Shown: positions 1 to 9,335 of the stretch, one piece after another | How the letters are laid out: every line of letters starts with the position of its first letter | Position numbering within the stretch: position 1 is the first letter of the stretch | Source of the DNA: a bacterium | GTDB taxonomy: Bacteria; Bacteroidota; Bacteroidia; Bacteroidales; UBA932 | Assembly (NCBI GenBank): GCA_963639865.1 | Contig: CAVHWO010000043.1 | Coordinates: 2,113 to 66,112, forward strand | Length of the DNA: 64,000 nt | Direction: 5' to 3' | Translations under genes and position numbers: made by a program | The notes under the pieces: model-generated | Databases searched by the model: none | Seen by the model: only the letters and a program-made list of their open reading frames with translations | What the model was told of the DNA's origin: nothing

Positions 1-672
1 CTGGGTGCGGCGACCGAGGTGTTTCCGGAGGACAGACGTGTCCTTGACATCGGCACCGGAACAGGTACGGTGGCTCTGATGATAGCCCAGCGCCTGGAAC
101 CGATGCGCTCCGGAGGGGAGTGGAATATTCAAGGAATCGACATCGACGCGCCGTCGGCGGAGGAAGCGGCGGAGAATTTCCGGAATTCCCCGTGGAAAGA
201 CCATCTGGAGGCTGTCAATTCAGGTTTGCGGGCTTTCAAGGAAGATGGCTACGACCTCATCGTCTCCAACCCTCCGTACTATGACAACTCCCTTGAGGCT
301 TCCGAGGCAAGGCGCAACTCCGCGCGCCACACAGGCGAGGCGGGAAACGCCGGCGGGACAGAATCCCTTTCCTACAGGGAGATTCTTGAATATGCAACCG
401 TGGCTCTTGCCCGGCGGGGCCGTGTCTCCATCATCCTTCCATCTGATCAGGAGAAACCGTTGCTCCGTCATGCCCGGATGTGCTGTTTCTCACCGTGGAA
501 AATCCTGAGGATAAGGTCTGTGGAGCGTAAGCCTGTGTCGCGGCTGATAGTCCAGTTCAGGCGCGGTGGACAATCCGGGGAGGCTCCCCGGGAGGAATTT
601 CTGACCCTTCTCGACGAGAAAGGGAAGCGTACTTCCCAGCATGCTTCCCTCGTAACAGATTATTATCTGTAA
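1..672 (+). CDS. tRNA1(Val) A37 N6-methyltransferase (YfiC/TrmN6-like), 5'-truncated by the window edge
   Basis: SAM-binding motif VLDIGTGTG and YDLIVSNPPYY; frame open from position 1. Confidence 0.8.
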   Translation: MGAATEVFPEDRRVLDIGTGTGTVALMIAQRLEPMRSGGEWNIQGIDIDAPSAEEAAENFRNSPWKDHLEAVNSGLRAFKEDGYDLIVSNPPYYDNSLEASEARRNSARHTGEAGNAGGTESLSYREILEYATVALARRGRVSIILPSDQEKPLLRHARMCCFSPWKILRIRSVERKPVSRLIVQFRRGGQSGEAPREEFLTLLDEKGKRTSQHASLVTDYYL

Positions 673-899
673 CCAAACTAACCATTAACCAATTGACCAA
701 AAAATTAATAATCTGTTATGAACCCTTCAAAAAATAACCTGCATCATCTTTTTCATTCTTTTCGGCATAGATTCCTTTTCTCATCAGTCGTGTACATCCA
801 GTACACTCCTTCTTCCAAAAAAAATCCACACTCGAAAAATAAAAGGCAAATCTGAAGCGGTTTATTTTTTTTCATGTTTCTATGTGTGTCCCGTAGGTG

Positions 900-1376
900 T
901 CACTTCCTTTCACCCTTGTTGTCGTTTCTGTGCAGTTTGTGGATCTGTTGTCTGCGGAATGACTCCTCGGCGAGGAACAGTTTCGCAACCTTTTTGTCAG
1001 AGAGTATCTTGCGGTACTCGGCGACATATTTCTTCTCTATCCCCTTGCCGCTGTCCAGCGCCTCGATGTACTTGTCCAGCAGGGATTTCACCTCGGCGTC
1101 ACCCTTGCCTGACGAGACAGCCTCGTCCAAGGCCTTGCAGGCTTCCATGGACAGCCGGAAGCACTGGTTCTTTTCATTTTCGCATTTGTTGTAAACCGGC
1201 CAGAATCTCTCCGCCTCCGAACTTGTCAGTCCTATCGCGTCAGTAAGGTAGGCGACCTTCTCGGCCTTCCATTTGTCCTGCCAGTCCTTTCTGTCTTTCT
1301 CCTGGGCCAGGATCCCCTGAACCGGAATCGTGAGGAACAGAACCGCCAGCATCAGTGTCATCTGTTTTGCCTTCAT
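900..1376 (-). CDS. Secreted Spy/CpxP-like helical protein of the ECF sigma operon
   Basis: Signal peptide; KAEKVAYL...GLTSSEAERFWPVYN (LTxxQ/E-like motif); third gene of the sigma/anti-sigma operon. Confidence 0.65.
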   Translation of the reverse strand: MKAKQMTLMLAVLFLTIPVQGILAQEKDRKDWQDKWKAEKVAYLTDAIGLTSSEAERFWPVYNKCENEKNQCFRLSMEACKALDEAVSSGKGDAEVKSLLDKYIEALDSGKGIEKKYVAEYRKILSDKKVAKLFLAEESFRRQQIHKLHRNDNKGERK

Positions 1377-1377
1377 T

Positions 1378-1785
1378 TTATTTCTTTGCTATAAGTCTTG
1401 TATATTCAATAAGTTCTGCGGATGTGCCGGACGAGATCAGGTAGTTGACCACATCCTCGTCTGAAATGGTGTCCTGTGCTGACATCACCGCATGGAAAGC
1501 GTCCTCCGGCATTGTCATCAGGTCGGCGTAGGCCGCCTCGTTGTAATAGTCTCCGGTCATGCCTCTGTCCGCCGTGTTCCGCAGCACAAGATTTCCGACA
1601 CACAGAATCGCGAGGAAACATGCCGCCAACGCAAGGTACGGTTTCAGCCGCCACATCACGCCGACATTCCCGGCATTTGTGCCAGGAATGTCATCCAAAC
1701 GTGCCTTAAGGTCGTTGAAATAGCCTTCCGGAACGTTGAACAGAGCCTTTCCGGCATCCTTGAATATTTCATTGTTTTTCCGCAT
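1378..1785 (-). CDS. Putative membrane anti-sigma factor
   Basis: FNVPEGYF motif, single TM helix, directly downstream of the ECF sigma gene. Confidence 0.7.
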   Translation of the reverse strand: MRKNNEIFKDAGKALFNVPEGYFNDLKARLDDIPGTNAGNVGVMWRLKPYLALAACFLAILCVGNLVLRNTADRGMTGDYYNEAAYADLMTMPEDAFHAVMSAQDTISDEDVVNYLISSGTSAELIEYTRLIAKK

Positions 1786-1794
1786 ATCCTTTTC

Positions 1795-1822
1795 TTTGAC
1801 AGATTGTTTGACCTAAGGTTTA
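1795..1822 (-). promoter_or_regulatory. Putative ECF-type promoter for the anti-sigma gene
   Basis: Minus strand TAAACC-N16-GTCAAA, 9 nt before the ATG at 1785. Confidence 0.5.
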
Positions 1823-2358
1823 ATCCCGGCTCCGAGTTCGGTCCGGATTTTTTCCGCGGCGAAATGGTAGGATGCCTTGAGGGCTCCGACAGATGTCCCG
1901 AGAATCTCGGAGATGTCCTCATAGGACAACTCGTCGAAGTAGCGCATCGTGAAGACAGCCTTCTGCTTTTCGGGCAGTCTGGCGATGGCTTTGAGAAAGG
2001 TCCTCTGGACCTCGTCACCGTTGAGATACGGGTCGTCCCCGATTCTGTCGGCCAGAGCCGTGTCGAGACTTTCGAATTTCAGCATGGAGCGGACCTTCTG
2101 CTTATGAAGCCAGTTCAGCGTCTCGTTGGTGGCTATCCTGTAGAGCCACGTGAACAGTCTGGAGTCCCCCCTGAATGAGGGCAGTGCCGACCAGACCTTT
2201 ATGAAGATCTCCTGAACGAGATCGTCGGTGTCCTCGTGCGAGCAGACGAATCTGCGGACATGCCAGTAAAGCCGCTCGCTGTAGGCGTCGACTATTTCTC
2301 TGAAAGCCCCTTCTTTCTGTCCGTCCCGGTACAGCCGGATAATCTCCTCGTCCGTCAT
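1813..2358 (-). CDS. ECF-subfamily RNA polymerase sigma-70 factor
   Basis: Region 2 (DDLVQEIFIKVW...FTWLYRIATN) and region 4 HTH (LSYEDISEILGTSVGALKASYH). Confidence 0.95.
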   Translation of the reverse strand: MTDEEIIRLYRDGQKEGAFREIVDAYSERLYWHVRRFVCSHEDTDDLVQEIFIKVWSALPSFRGDSRLFTWLYRIATNETLNWLHKQKVRSMLKFESLDTALADRIGDDPYLNGDEVQRTFLKAIARLPEKQKAVFTMRYFDELSYEDISEILGTSVGALKASYHFAAEKIRTELGAGIKP

Positions 2359-2378
2359 GCTGGATTGTCGTCAACTTT

Positions 2379-2406
2379 CAAATGTACGACAAAATGATTA
2401 TTTTTG
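2379..2406. promoter_or_regulatory. Divergent Bacteroidota -7 elements (ECF sigma / lepA)
   Basis: Minus TACATTTG at 2379-2386; plus TATTTTTG at 2399-2406. Confidence 0.6.
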
Positions 2407-2466
2407 CAATTATACTTGAATATGCGGGCGAAGCGGCCCGCGGATTGCGACTGAACGACACACTGT

Positions 2467-4257
2467 ATGAAGCATATCAGGAATTTCTGCATAATAGCCC
2501 ACATCGACCACGGGAAGAGTACGCTGGCCGACAGGCTCATCGAGTTGACCAAGACACTGTCTTCAAGGGACATGGAGGCCCAGGTGCTGGACGACATGGA
2601 TCTGGAGAGGGAGAAGGGCATCACGATCAAGAGCCACGCCATCCAGATGGAGTACACCTGCAAGGGCGAGAAATACATCCTTAATCTCATCGACACTCCG
2701 GGACACGTTGACTTTTCCTATGAGGTTTCCCGCTCCATCGCCTCCTGCGAGGGAGCTCTGTTGGTTGTGGACGCTTCCCAGGGCATCCAGGCGCAGACGA
2801 TTTCCAATCTTTATCTGGCAGTGGACCACGGGCTTGAGATTATTCCTGTGATGAACAAGATCGACATGGACTCCGCCCAGCCGGAGATCGTGGCCGACCA
2901 GATTGTGGATCTTCTGGGCTGTGACCACGAGGACATATTCAAAGTCTCCGCCCGCACCGGAGAGGGGATTCCTCCGCTTCTGGACGCGATCGTCGAGAGG
3001 ATTCCGGCTCCGCACGGGGATCCGGACGCTCCGCTTCAGGCGCTTATCTTCGACTCCGTGTTCAATCCGTTCCGGGGCATCATCGCCTACTTCAAGGTCT
3101 TGAACGGCTCCGTCTCGACCGGCGACAAGGTCAAGTTCGTGGCGACCGGAATGGAATACGATGCCGAGGAGGTCGGTGTGCTGAAAATGAAGCTCCAGCC
3201 GACAGGAAAGGTTTCGACCGGAGACGTTGGCTACATCATCTCCGGGATCAAGAGGGCCGTTGAGGTCAAGGTCGGCGACACGATAACCCATTCGGCAAGG
3301 CCTTGTGCCGCGGCCATCGCGGGATTCGAGGAGGTGAAGCCGATGGTCTTCGCGGGAATGTACCCGGTCCAGGCGGACAAGTTCGAGGAATTGCGGGCGA
3401 CCTTGGAGAAGTTCCAGCTCAACGACGCGTCTTTTGTCTATGAGCCGGAGTCCTCGCTTGCCCTCGGTTTCGGGTTCCGCTGCGGATTTCTCGGGCTTCT
3501 GCATCTTGAGATCGTCCAGGAGCGCCTTTTCCGGGAGTTCAACATGGATGTCATCACTACTGTCCCGAACGTTTCCTATAAAGTCTATACGACTCAGGGT
3601 GAGGTTCTGGACGTGCACAATCCGTCAGGCCTTCCCGCTCCGACGCTCATCGACCACATCGAGGAGCCGTTCATCCGCGCGCAGATCATCTCCAAGACGG
3701 ATTTCTACGGTGCGATCATGAAACTGTGCATGGACAAGAGGGGGACTCTGATCGGAGAACACTACATCACCTCCGACAGGGTTGAGCTCACCTACGACAT
3801 GCCTCTGTCCGAGATTGTGTTCGATTTTTATGACAAATTGAAGTCTGTGTCAAAGGGTTACGCATCGTTTGACTATCATCTGACCGACTTCCGTTCCGCG
3901 CGGCTTGTCAAGCTGGACATTCTTCTGAACGGAGACCCGGCGGACGCGCTCTCGACACTTATCCACGAGGACCACGCCTATGAGTTCGGGCGCAAGATCT
4001 GTCTCAAACTCAAGGAACTGATTCCCCGCCAGCAGTTCGACATCGCTGTCCAGGCCGCAATCGGGGCGAAGATCATCGCCCGCGAGACCGTCCGTCAGGT
4101 GCGTAAGGATGTGACCGCGAAGTGCTACGGAGGAGATGTGACCCGTAAGAGGAAACTTCTTGAAAAACAGAAGGAAGGGAAGAAAAGAATGCGTCAGATA
4201 GGAACGGTCCAGGTTCCGCAGAGTGCGTTCATGGCTGTACTCAAACTGGATTCGTAG
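2467..4257 (+). CDS. lepA: Translation elongation factor 4 (LepA)
   Basis: [56 protein letters not shown]. Confidence 0.99.
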   Translation: MKHIRNFCIIAHIDHGKSTLADRLIELTKTLSSRDMEAQVLDDMDLEREKGITIKSHAIQMEYTCKGEKYILNLIDTPGHVDFSYEVSRSIASCEGALLVVDASQGIQAQTISNLYLAVDHGLEIIPVMNKIDMDSAQPEIVADQIVDLLGCDHEDIFKVSARTGEGIPPLLDAIVERIPAPHGDPDAPLQALIFDSVFNPFRGIIAYFKVLNGSVSTGDKVKFVATGMEYDAEEVGVLKMKLQPTGKVSTGDVGYIISGIKRAVEVKVGDTITHSARPCAAAIAGFEEVKPMVFAGMYPVQADKFEELRATLEKFQLNDASFVYEPESSLALGFGFRCGFLGLLHLEIVQERLFREFNMDVITTVPNVSYKVYTTQGEVLDVHNPSGLPAPTLIDHIEEPFIRAQIISKTDFYGAIMKLCMDKRGTLIGEHYITSDRVELTYDMPLSEIVFDFYDKLKSVSKGYASFDYHLTDFRSARLVKLDILLNGDPADALSTLIHEDHAYEFGRKICLKLKELIPRQQFDIAVQAAIGAKIIARETVRQVRKDVTAKCYGGDVTRKRKLLEKQKEGKKRMRQIGTVQVPQSAFMAVLKLDS

Positions 4258-4261
4258 AGGC

Positions 4262-4936
4262 ATGGATGTCGCGATCCTCATAACCCTCACAGGTGGTAGG
4301 AATGATGGCTCGACCTCATGCTTTGAGGAATGCCAGAGGCAGACGGAGGCCATCGCCGCCGCGGGGGAATATTCATTCTCCACATTTCTGAATGACGAGG
4401 GAGCCTCCGGGTACCAGAAACTTTGGGAGAAGGCTTCCGCCACAGGATTTGATTTCTACCTTTGGATGGACTCGGATCTTCAGCCGGAGGAGGGGGCCTT
4501 GGCCTCGTTCTTCGAAAACTCCATGTTTCTTAGGCATAAGGCGGTGATCGCCGGCACGGTCTCCGACTTTTCCGGGAGTCTGCTTTCGGGAGGACGGTCA
4601 CGTCATGGAAGGTTGCTGGAGCCGGATCCGGTCATTCCTGTCCCTTGCCATCTTTACGACATGGCGTTCACTCTCGTACCTGAATATGTTGTAAAGCATC
4701 TTGAGGATCCGGCCGACATATTCCGTCCCAACCTTTTCGGCTATGGGTACGGAGCCAAGGTCGCAAAGGCCGGCGTGGCGAGGGTCATCGCTCCCGGAAT
4801 CCTTGCCAGGACGACTGGGAAGCCGGAGATTCCCGCATGGAAGAATCCGGACCGCCCGGCTTCCGAACGGGCAGCCTCATTGCTGAAATCCGGCAATCGT
4901 GAGATTATTCGCGTTCTGCATTCGGTTTTCGGATAA
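4262..4936 (+). CDS. Degenerate GT2-like glycosyltransferase homolog
   Basis: IAILIT start and [10 protein letters not shown] (DxD-like) recall Bacteroidota GT2 enzymes; other motifs eroded. Confidence 0.5.
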   Translation: MDVAILITLTGGRNDGSTSCFEECQRQTEAIAAAGEYSFSTFLNDEGASGYQKLWEKASATGFDFYLWMDSDLQPEEGALASFFENSMFLRHKAVIAGTVSDFSGSLLSGGRSRHGRLLEPDPVIPVPCHLYDMAFTLVPEYVVKHLEDPADIFRPNLFGYGYGAKVAKAGVARVIAPGILARTTGKPEIPAWKNPDRPASERAASLLKSGNREIIRVLHSVFG

Positions 4937-5022
4937 TATTCGTAAATTTACACTTGCATCTCCGACGGAGGAGGCGCTGTCAACGGCATTGGCATTGGCA
5001 TAACATTAAAACATCCAATATC

Positions 5023-6795
5023 ATGAAGCATCCTAAAATAGGAATCCGTCCGACCATTGATGGCCGTCAGGGCGGTGTACGTGAAAGTCTTGAGGAAAAG
5101 ACAATGACCCTTGCCGCCAATGTCGCGGCTCTCATCTCCTCTAATTTGAGGTACACTGACGGCACTCCGGTGGAGTGCGTCATCGCTGACGGCACGATCG
5201 GCCGTGTCGCTGAAAGCGCCGCTTGCGCCGAGAAGTTCGAGCGTGAGGGAGTCGGCGGGACGATCACCGTGACATCCTGCTGGTGCTACGGCTCCGAGAC
5301 GATGGACATGAATCCTTACTGGCCGAAAGCTGTCTGGGGATTCAACGGTACGGAGCGTCCGGGAGCGGTTTATCTTGCCGCCGTACTTGCGGCACATGCC
5401 CAGAAGGGACTTCCGGCTTTCGGAATATACGGTCACGATGTACAGGATCTTGAAGACAATTCAATCCCTGAGGATGTGGCCGAGAAGATTCTGCGCTTCG
5501 CCCGCGGTGCTGTTGCCGTCGCCGAGATGAGAGGTGAGTCCTACCTTTCGATCGGAAGCGTGACGATGGGCATCGCCGGCTCGATCGTGGACACGAACTT
5601 CTTCCAAAAGTATCTGGGAATGAGGAATGAGAGTGTGGACGAGGTTGAGATCCTAAGACGGATGGATCTTGGAATATATGACCCGGATGAGTTTGAGAAG
5701 GCTATGACCTGGGTCAAAAGACACTGCATGCCTAACGAAGGCTGGGATAAAAATCCGAAGGACAAGCAGAAGACCCGTGAGCAGAAGGACAAGGATTGGG
5801 AATTCGTGGTGAAGATGACCATCATCGTGATGGATCTCATGCACGGCAATCCGAAACTCCGCGAGATGGGGTTCAAGGAGGAGTCTCTCGGCCACAACGC
5901 CATCGCCGGAGGCTTCCAGGGACAGCGCCAGTGGACTGACTGGATGCCTAACGGGGACTTCACGGAGACCCTGCTCAACACCAACTTCGACTGGAACGGG
6001 CGCAGGGAACCTTCCATCCTCGCCACAGAGAACGACTCGCTCAACGGAACGGCGATGCTGATGGCGCATCTGCTGACCAACCGTCCTCAGATTTTCTCCG
6101 ACGTGAGGACCTACTGGAGTCCGGAGGCTGTCAAGAGGGTGACCGGCAAAGAACTCACCGGCAAGGCCGCTCCGGGAATCATCCATCTCATCAACTCCGG
6201 GGCAACGACCATGGACGGCTGCGGCCAGAGTTCCGATGCGGAGGGCAATCCTGTCATGAAGCCGTTTTGGGAGATGACTGAAGAGGACGAGAAACGTTGC
6301 CTTGAGCATTCGCAGTGGATGCCAGCCGACAGGGATTACTTCCGCGGCGGCGGATTCAGCATCCATTTCGTGTCCAGGGGGGATTTCCCTGCCACTATGG
6401 CGAGAATCAACATCGTGGACGGTCTCGGACCGGTCCTCCAGATCGCCGAGGGATGGGTCGTGGACATCGATCCTGAGATCCATGCGGCCCTTGACAAACG
6501 TACAGACCCTACCTGGCCAACAACCTGGTTCACCCCGCGTCTTGATCAAGGGAAGGATGCTTTCAAGGATGTTTACAGTGTGATGAACAACTGGGGGGCC
6601 AACCACGGGGCGATCTCTTACGGTCACATCGGAGCTGACCTGATCACATTGGCCTCGATGCTCCGCATCCCTGTCTGCATGCACAATGTGGACGACGCCA
6701 AGATCTTCCGTCCTGCGGCTTGGAATGCTTTCGGTATGGACAAGGAAGGTGCTGACTTCCGCGCCTGCGCGAATTTCGGCCCGATCTACAAGTAG
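5023..6795 (+). CDS. fucI: L-fucose isomerase (also D-arabinose isomerase)
   Basis: [44 protein letters not shown]. Confidence 0.98.
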   Translation: MKHPKIGIRPTIDGRQGGVRESLEEKTMTLAANVAALISSNLRYTDGTPVECVIADGTIGRVAESAACAEKFEREGVGGTITVTSCWCYGSETMDMNPYWPKAVWGFNGTERPGAVYLAAVLAAHAQKGLPAFGIYGHDVQDLEDNSIPEDVAEKILRFARGAVAVAEMRGESYLSIGSVTMGIAGSIVDTNFFQKYLGMRNESVDEVEILRRMDLGIYDPDEFEKAMTWVKRHCMPNEGWDKNPKDKQKTREQKDKDWEFVVKMTIIVMDLMHGNPKLREMGFKEESLGHNAIAGGFQGQRQWTDWMPNGDFTETLLNTNFDWNGRREPSILATENDSLNGTAMLMAHLLTNRPQIFSDVRTYWSPEAVKRVTGKELTGKAAPGIIHLINSGATTMDGCGQSSDAEGNPVMKPFWEMTEEDEKRCLEHSQWMPADRDYFRGGGFSIHFVSRGDFPATMARINIVDGLGPVLQIAEGWVVDIDPEIHAALDKRTDPTWPTTWFTPRLDQGKDAFKDVYSVMNNWGANHGAISYGHIGADLITLASMLRIPVCMHNVDDAKIFRPAAWNAFGMDKEGADFRACANFGPIYK

Positions 6796-6804
6796 TCCTT
6801 GGCC

Positions 6805-8121
6805 ATGAGGGAGAAAGACTCAATCCTGAAGGCAGGCGGAGTGAGCTACGTCCTGCCTTTCATTCTCATAACGACTTGTTTCGCTCTCTGGGGATTCGCC
6901 AACGACATCACGAACCCGATGGTCAAGGCGTTCTCCAAGATCTTCAGAATGAGCGTGACACAGGGATCTTTGGTTCAGGTTGCGTTCTACGGAGGCTATT
7001 TCTTTATGGCGCTCCCGGCCGCGATGTTCATCAGGAAGTTCTCCTACAAGGCCGGAGTTCTGGTCGGGCTAGGACTCTACGCTGTCGGAGCCTTGCTGTT
7101 TCTCCCTGCCAAGTCTGTCGGGGTCTATGGCTTCTTTCTGATCGCCTATTTCATCATGACCTGCGGTCTGTCTTTCCTTGAGACCAGCTGCAATCCGTAC
7201 ATCCTGAGCATGGGTTCGGAGGAGACTTCAACCCGCCGTCTGAATTTCGCCCAGTGCTTCAATCCGATCGGTTCGCTGATGGGAATGTACGTGGCGATGA
7301 ACTTCATTCAGGCGAGGATGCATCCGGCCAGTACGGCGGAGCGGGCGCTTCTGGACGATGCCAGTTTCGAGGCGATGAAACAGGCTGATCTTAACGTGCT
7401 TACCGGACCTTATTGGATTGTCGGGCTTGTGATCATAGTGATGTTCGTTCTCATTCTTGTCGTCAAGATGCCCAGGAACGCCGACAAGGATCACGAGATG
7501 AACATAGGTCCGGTCCTGAGACGCCTGATCCGCAGACCTCGCTATTGGGAGGGCGTGATCGCCCAGTTCTTTTATGTGGGAGTGCAGATCATGTGCTGGA
7601 CATTCATCATCCAGTATGGTACAAGGGTGTTCATGGCCGAGGGAATGGCCGAGCGGTCGGCTGAGGTCCTGTCCCAGAAGTACAACATCGCGGCGATGAT
7701 CCTGTTCGTGTCATGCAGGTTCCTGTGTACTTGGCTGATGAAGTACATGAAGCCGTCCAAGCTGTTGACGATCTTCGCCATAGGAGGAATGGCGGCCACG
7801 GCCGGCGTGATATTCCTGCAGAACAGGCTCGGACTTTACTGCCTTGTCGGGGTCAGCGGATTCATGTCGCTGATGTTCCCTACGATCTACGGAATTGCCC
7901 TTGGCGGTCTCGGCGATGACGCGAAGTTCGGTGCCGCCGGCCTAATCATGGCCATCCTTGGCGGCTCGGTGCTTCCTCCGCTCCAGGCGTGGATCATCGA
8001 CATGGGTACTGTCGGTTTCCTGCCTGCGGTGAACGCCTCGTTCATCCTTCCGTTCATCTGCTTCATATTTGTCTGTGTCTATGGAATCCGTTCGACTAAG
8101 ATTCATCTAACCCGGAGATAA
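6805..8121 (+). CDS. fucP: L-fucose:H+ symporter (MFS)
   Basis: FALWGFANDITNPMV, FLETSCNPY, MSLMFPTIY; about 12 TM helices; follows fucI. Confidence 0.93.
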   Translation: MREKDSILKAGGVSYVLPFILITTCFALWGFANDITNPMVKAFSKIFRMSVTQGSLVQVAFYGGYFFMALPAAMFIRKFSYKAGVLVGLGLYAVGALLFLPAKSVGVYGFFLIAYFIMTCGLSFLETSCNPYILSMGSEETSTRRLNFAQCFNPIGSLMGMYVAMNFIQARMHPASTAERALLDDASFEAMKQADLNVLTGPYWIVGLVIIVMFVLILVVKMPRNADKDHEMNIGPVLRRLIRRPRYWEGVIAQFFYVGVQIMCWTFIIQYGTRVFMAEGMAERSAEVLSQKYNIAAMILFVSCRFLCTWLMKYMKPSKLLTIFAIGGMAATAGVIFLQNRLGLYCLVGVSGFMSLMFPTIYGIALGGLGDDAKFGAAGLIMAILGGSVLPPLQAWIIDMGTVGFLPAVNASFILPFICFIFVCVYGIRSTKIHLTRR

Positions 8122-9268
8122 TCTTCAGACAGAAGATCAGAGCCTGTACGGCCTTGTCGTTCAGCAGGATCAGCGGCTCGGGACACAGCCCTGCGGCCGA
8201 CAGTGCGATTGTGGCCACGGAGAGGGTCATGATCGCGCTTGTCAATGGCAGGGCGAGCAGGTTGGTCAGGATGAAGTACTTGGGGAAAGTACGGAAGTAG
8301 TACCATGCGACCGGTCCGGTGAAGACCTGACAGGAGATGGACAGCATGGCTGCGCTCCAGATCTTGCGGAAAGGGTTGATCTTTGACAGCCCGGAACCGC
8401 TTGGGGCAGGGTAGATCCGTTCCAGGGAGGGGAAGAGTAGGAATATTCCGGCCATCGCCATGTAGGAGAGCTGGAAGCCTACGGACGCTATGACATCCGG
8501 CTTGAGCGCAAGCTGGATGGTCAATGCCGCCAGCAGAACCCTGACAGGCTCCCTTTTCCGTCCCAGCAGTCTGGCGGTCTCGTTGATGGTGATGAACAGG
8601 AACGCCCGGATGATGGATGGTGCGGCTCCTGTCATGATGGAGTAGAAAAGTGCGGCCCCGATGATCAATGAATATCTCAACCTCCTTGCCAGGGGACTGT
8701 TCCCCATCGGCATTGTCAGCCTCGCCAGAATGAGGTAAAGCACGCCGAGGTGCAGTCCGGAGAGTGCGAGGATGTGTGCGGCTCCGCTGTCCCGGAACAC
8801 TTCTATGACTTCTTTGTCCAGATCGCTTTTGTCTCCGGTCAGCAGGGCTTTCACAAGCGGGGCGGTGGTCTGTGAGGGGTAGGGAATGCCGTCGATCACA
8901 GCCCTGAGGTGTCCTACGGCTTTTGCGGCTGTCGAGCCGATGAGTCCGCTGCCATATTCAGGAATACCGCTTGTCATTGAATAGTTCAGCGAGCAGAATA
9001 TTCCCGTGGTCAGGAATATTCCCGCAAAGACAATCCTCTGGCCGCCGCGGTTCGGCAGGCTCACCGACCGCTTGTCATCCCGGTCGCCGAACTTGTCGAA
9101 GCGTAACGTGATGATTGTTATGCAAACAAGGATAAGGAGGATTGAATCCGTGATGAAAGGAAGACCTCCGGAAAGGGACGGGTACAGAAACATCCCCGCC
9201 GCGACACCTGTCGCGAAAGGCACGCTGATCCCTACAATATCTCTCGCCTCAACCATCGCGCAAACCAT
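8096..9268 (-). CDS. comEC: ComEC/Rec2 competence protein (competence domain only)
   Basis: ALLTGDK, SGAAHILALSGLH, GAAPSIIRA, SVGFQLSY. Confidence 0.85.
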   Translation of the reverse strand: MVCAMVEARDIVGISVPFATGVAAGMFLYPSLSGGLPFITDSILLILVCITIITLRFDKFGDRDDKRSVSLPNRGGQRIVFAGIFLTTGIFCSLNYSMTSGIPEYGSGLIGSTAAKAVGHLRAVIDGIPYPSQTTAPLVKALLTGDKSDLDKEVIEVFRDSGAAHILALSGLHLGVLYLILARLTMPMGNSPLARRLRYSLIIGAALFYSIMTGAAPSIIRAFLFITINETARLLGRKREPVRVLLAALTIQLALKPDVIASVGFQLSYMAMAGIFLLFPSLERIYPAPSGSGLSKINPFRKIWSAAMLSISCQVFTGPVAWYYFRTFPKYFILTNLLALPLTSAIMTLSVATIALSAAGLCPEPLILLNDKAVQALIFCLKIISGLDES

Positions 9269-9278
9269 TATTATTTGC

Positions 9279-9307
9279 CAAAAATAGTGATTAATTTCTT
9301 ATCTTTG
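9279..9307. promoter_or_regulatory. Divergent -7 elements (comEC / ackA)
   Basis: Minus TATTTTTG at 9279-9286; plus TATCTTTG at 9300-9307. Confidence 0.6.
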
Positions 9308-9335
9308 TCAACTATTAACATAAATTTCAAACGGA

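Noticed and set aside
718..855. 45-aa plus-strand small ORF (MNPSKNNLHH...)
   Set aside because: AT-rich with atypical codon usage and no motif; not listed as a CDS, kept only as an alternative to the sRNA hypothesis
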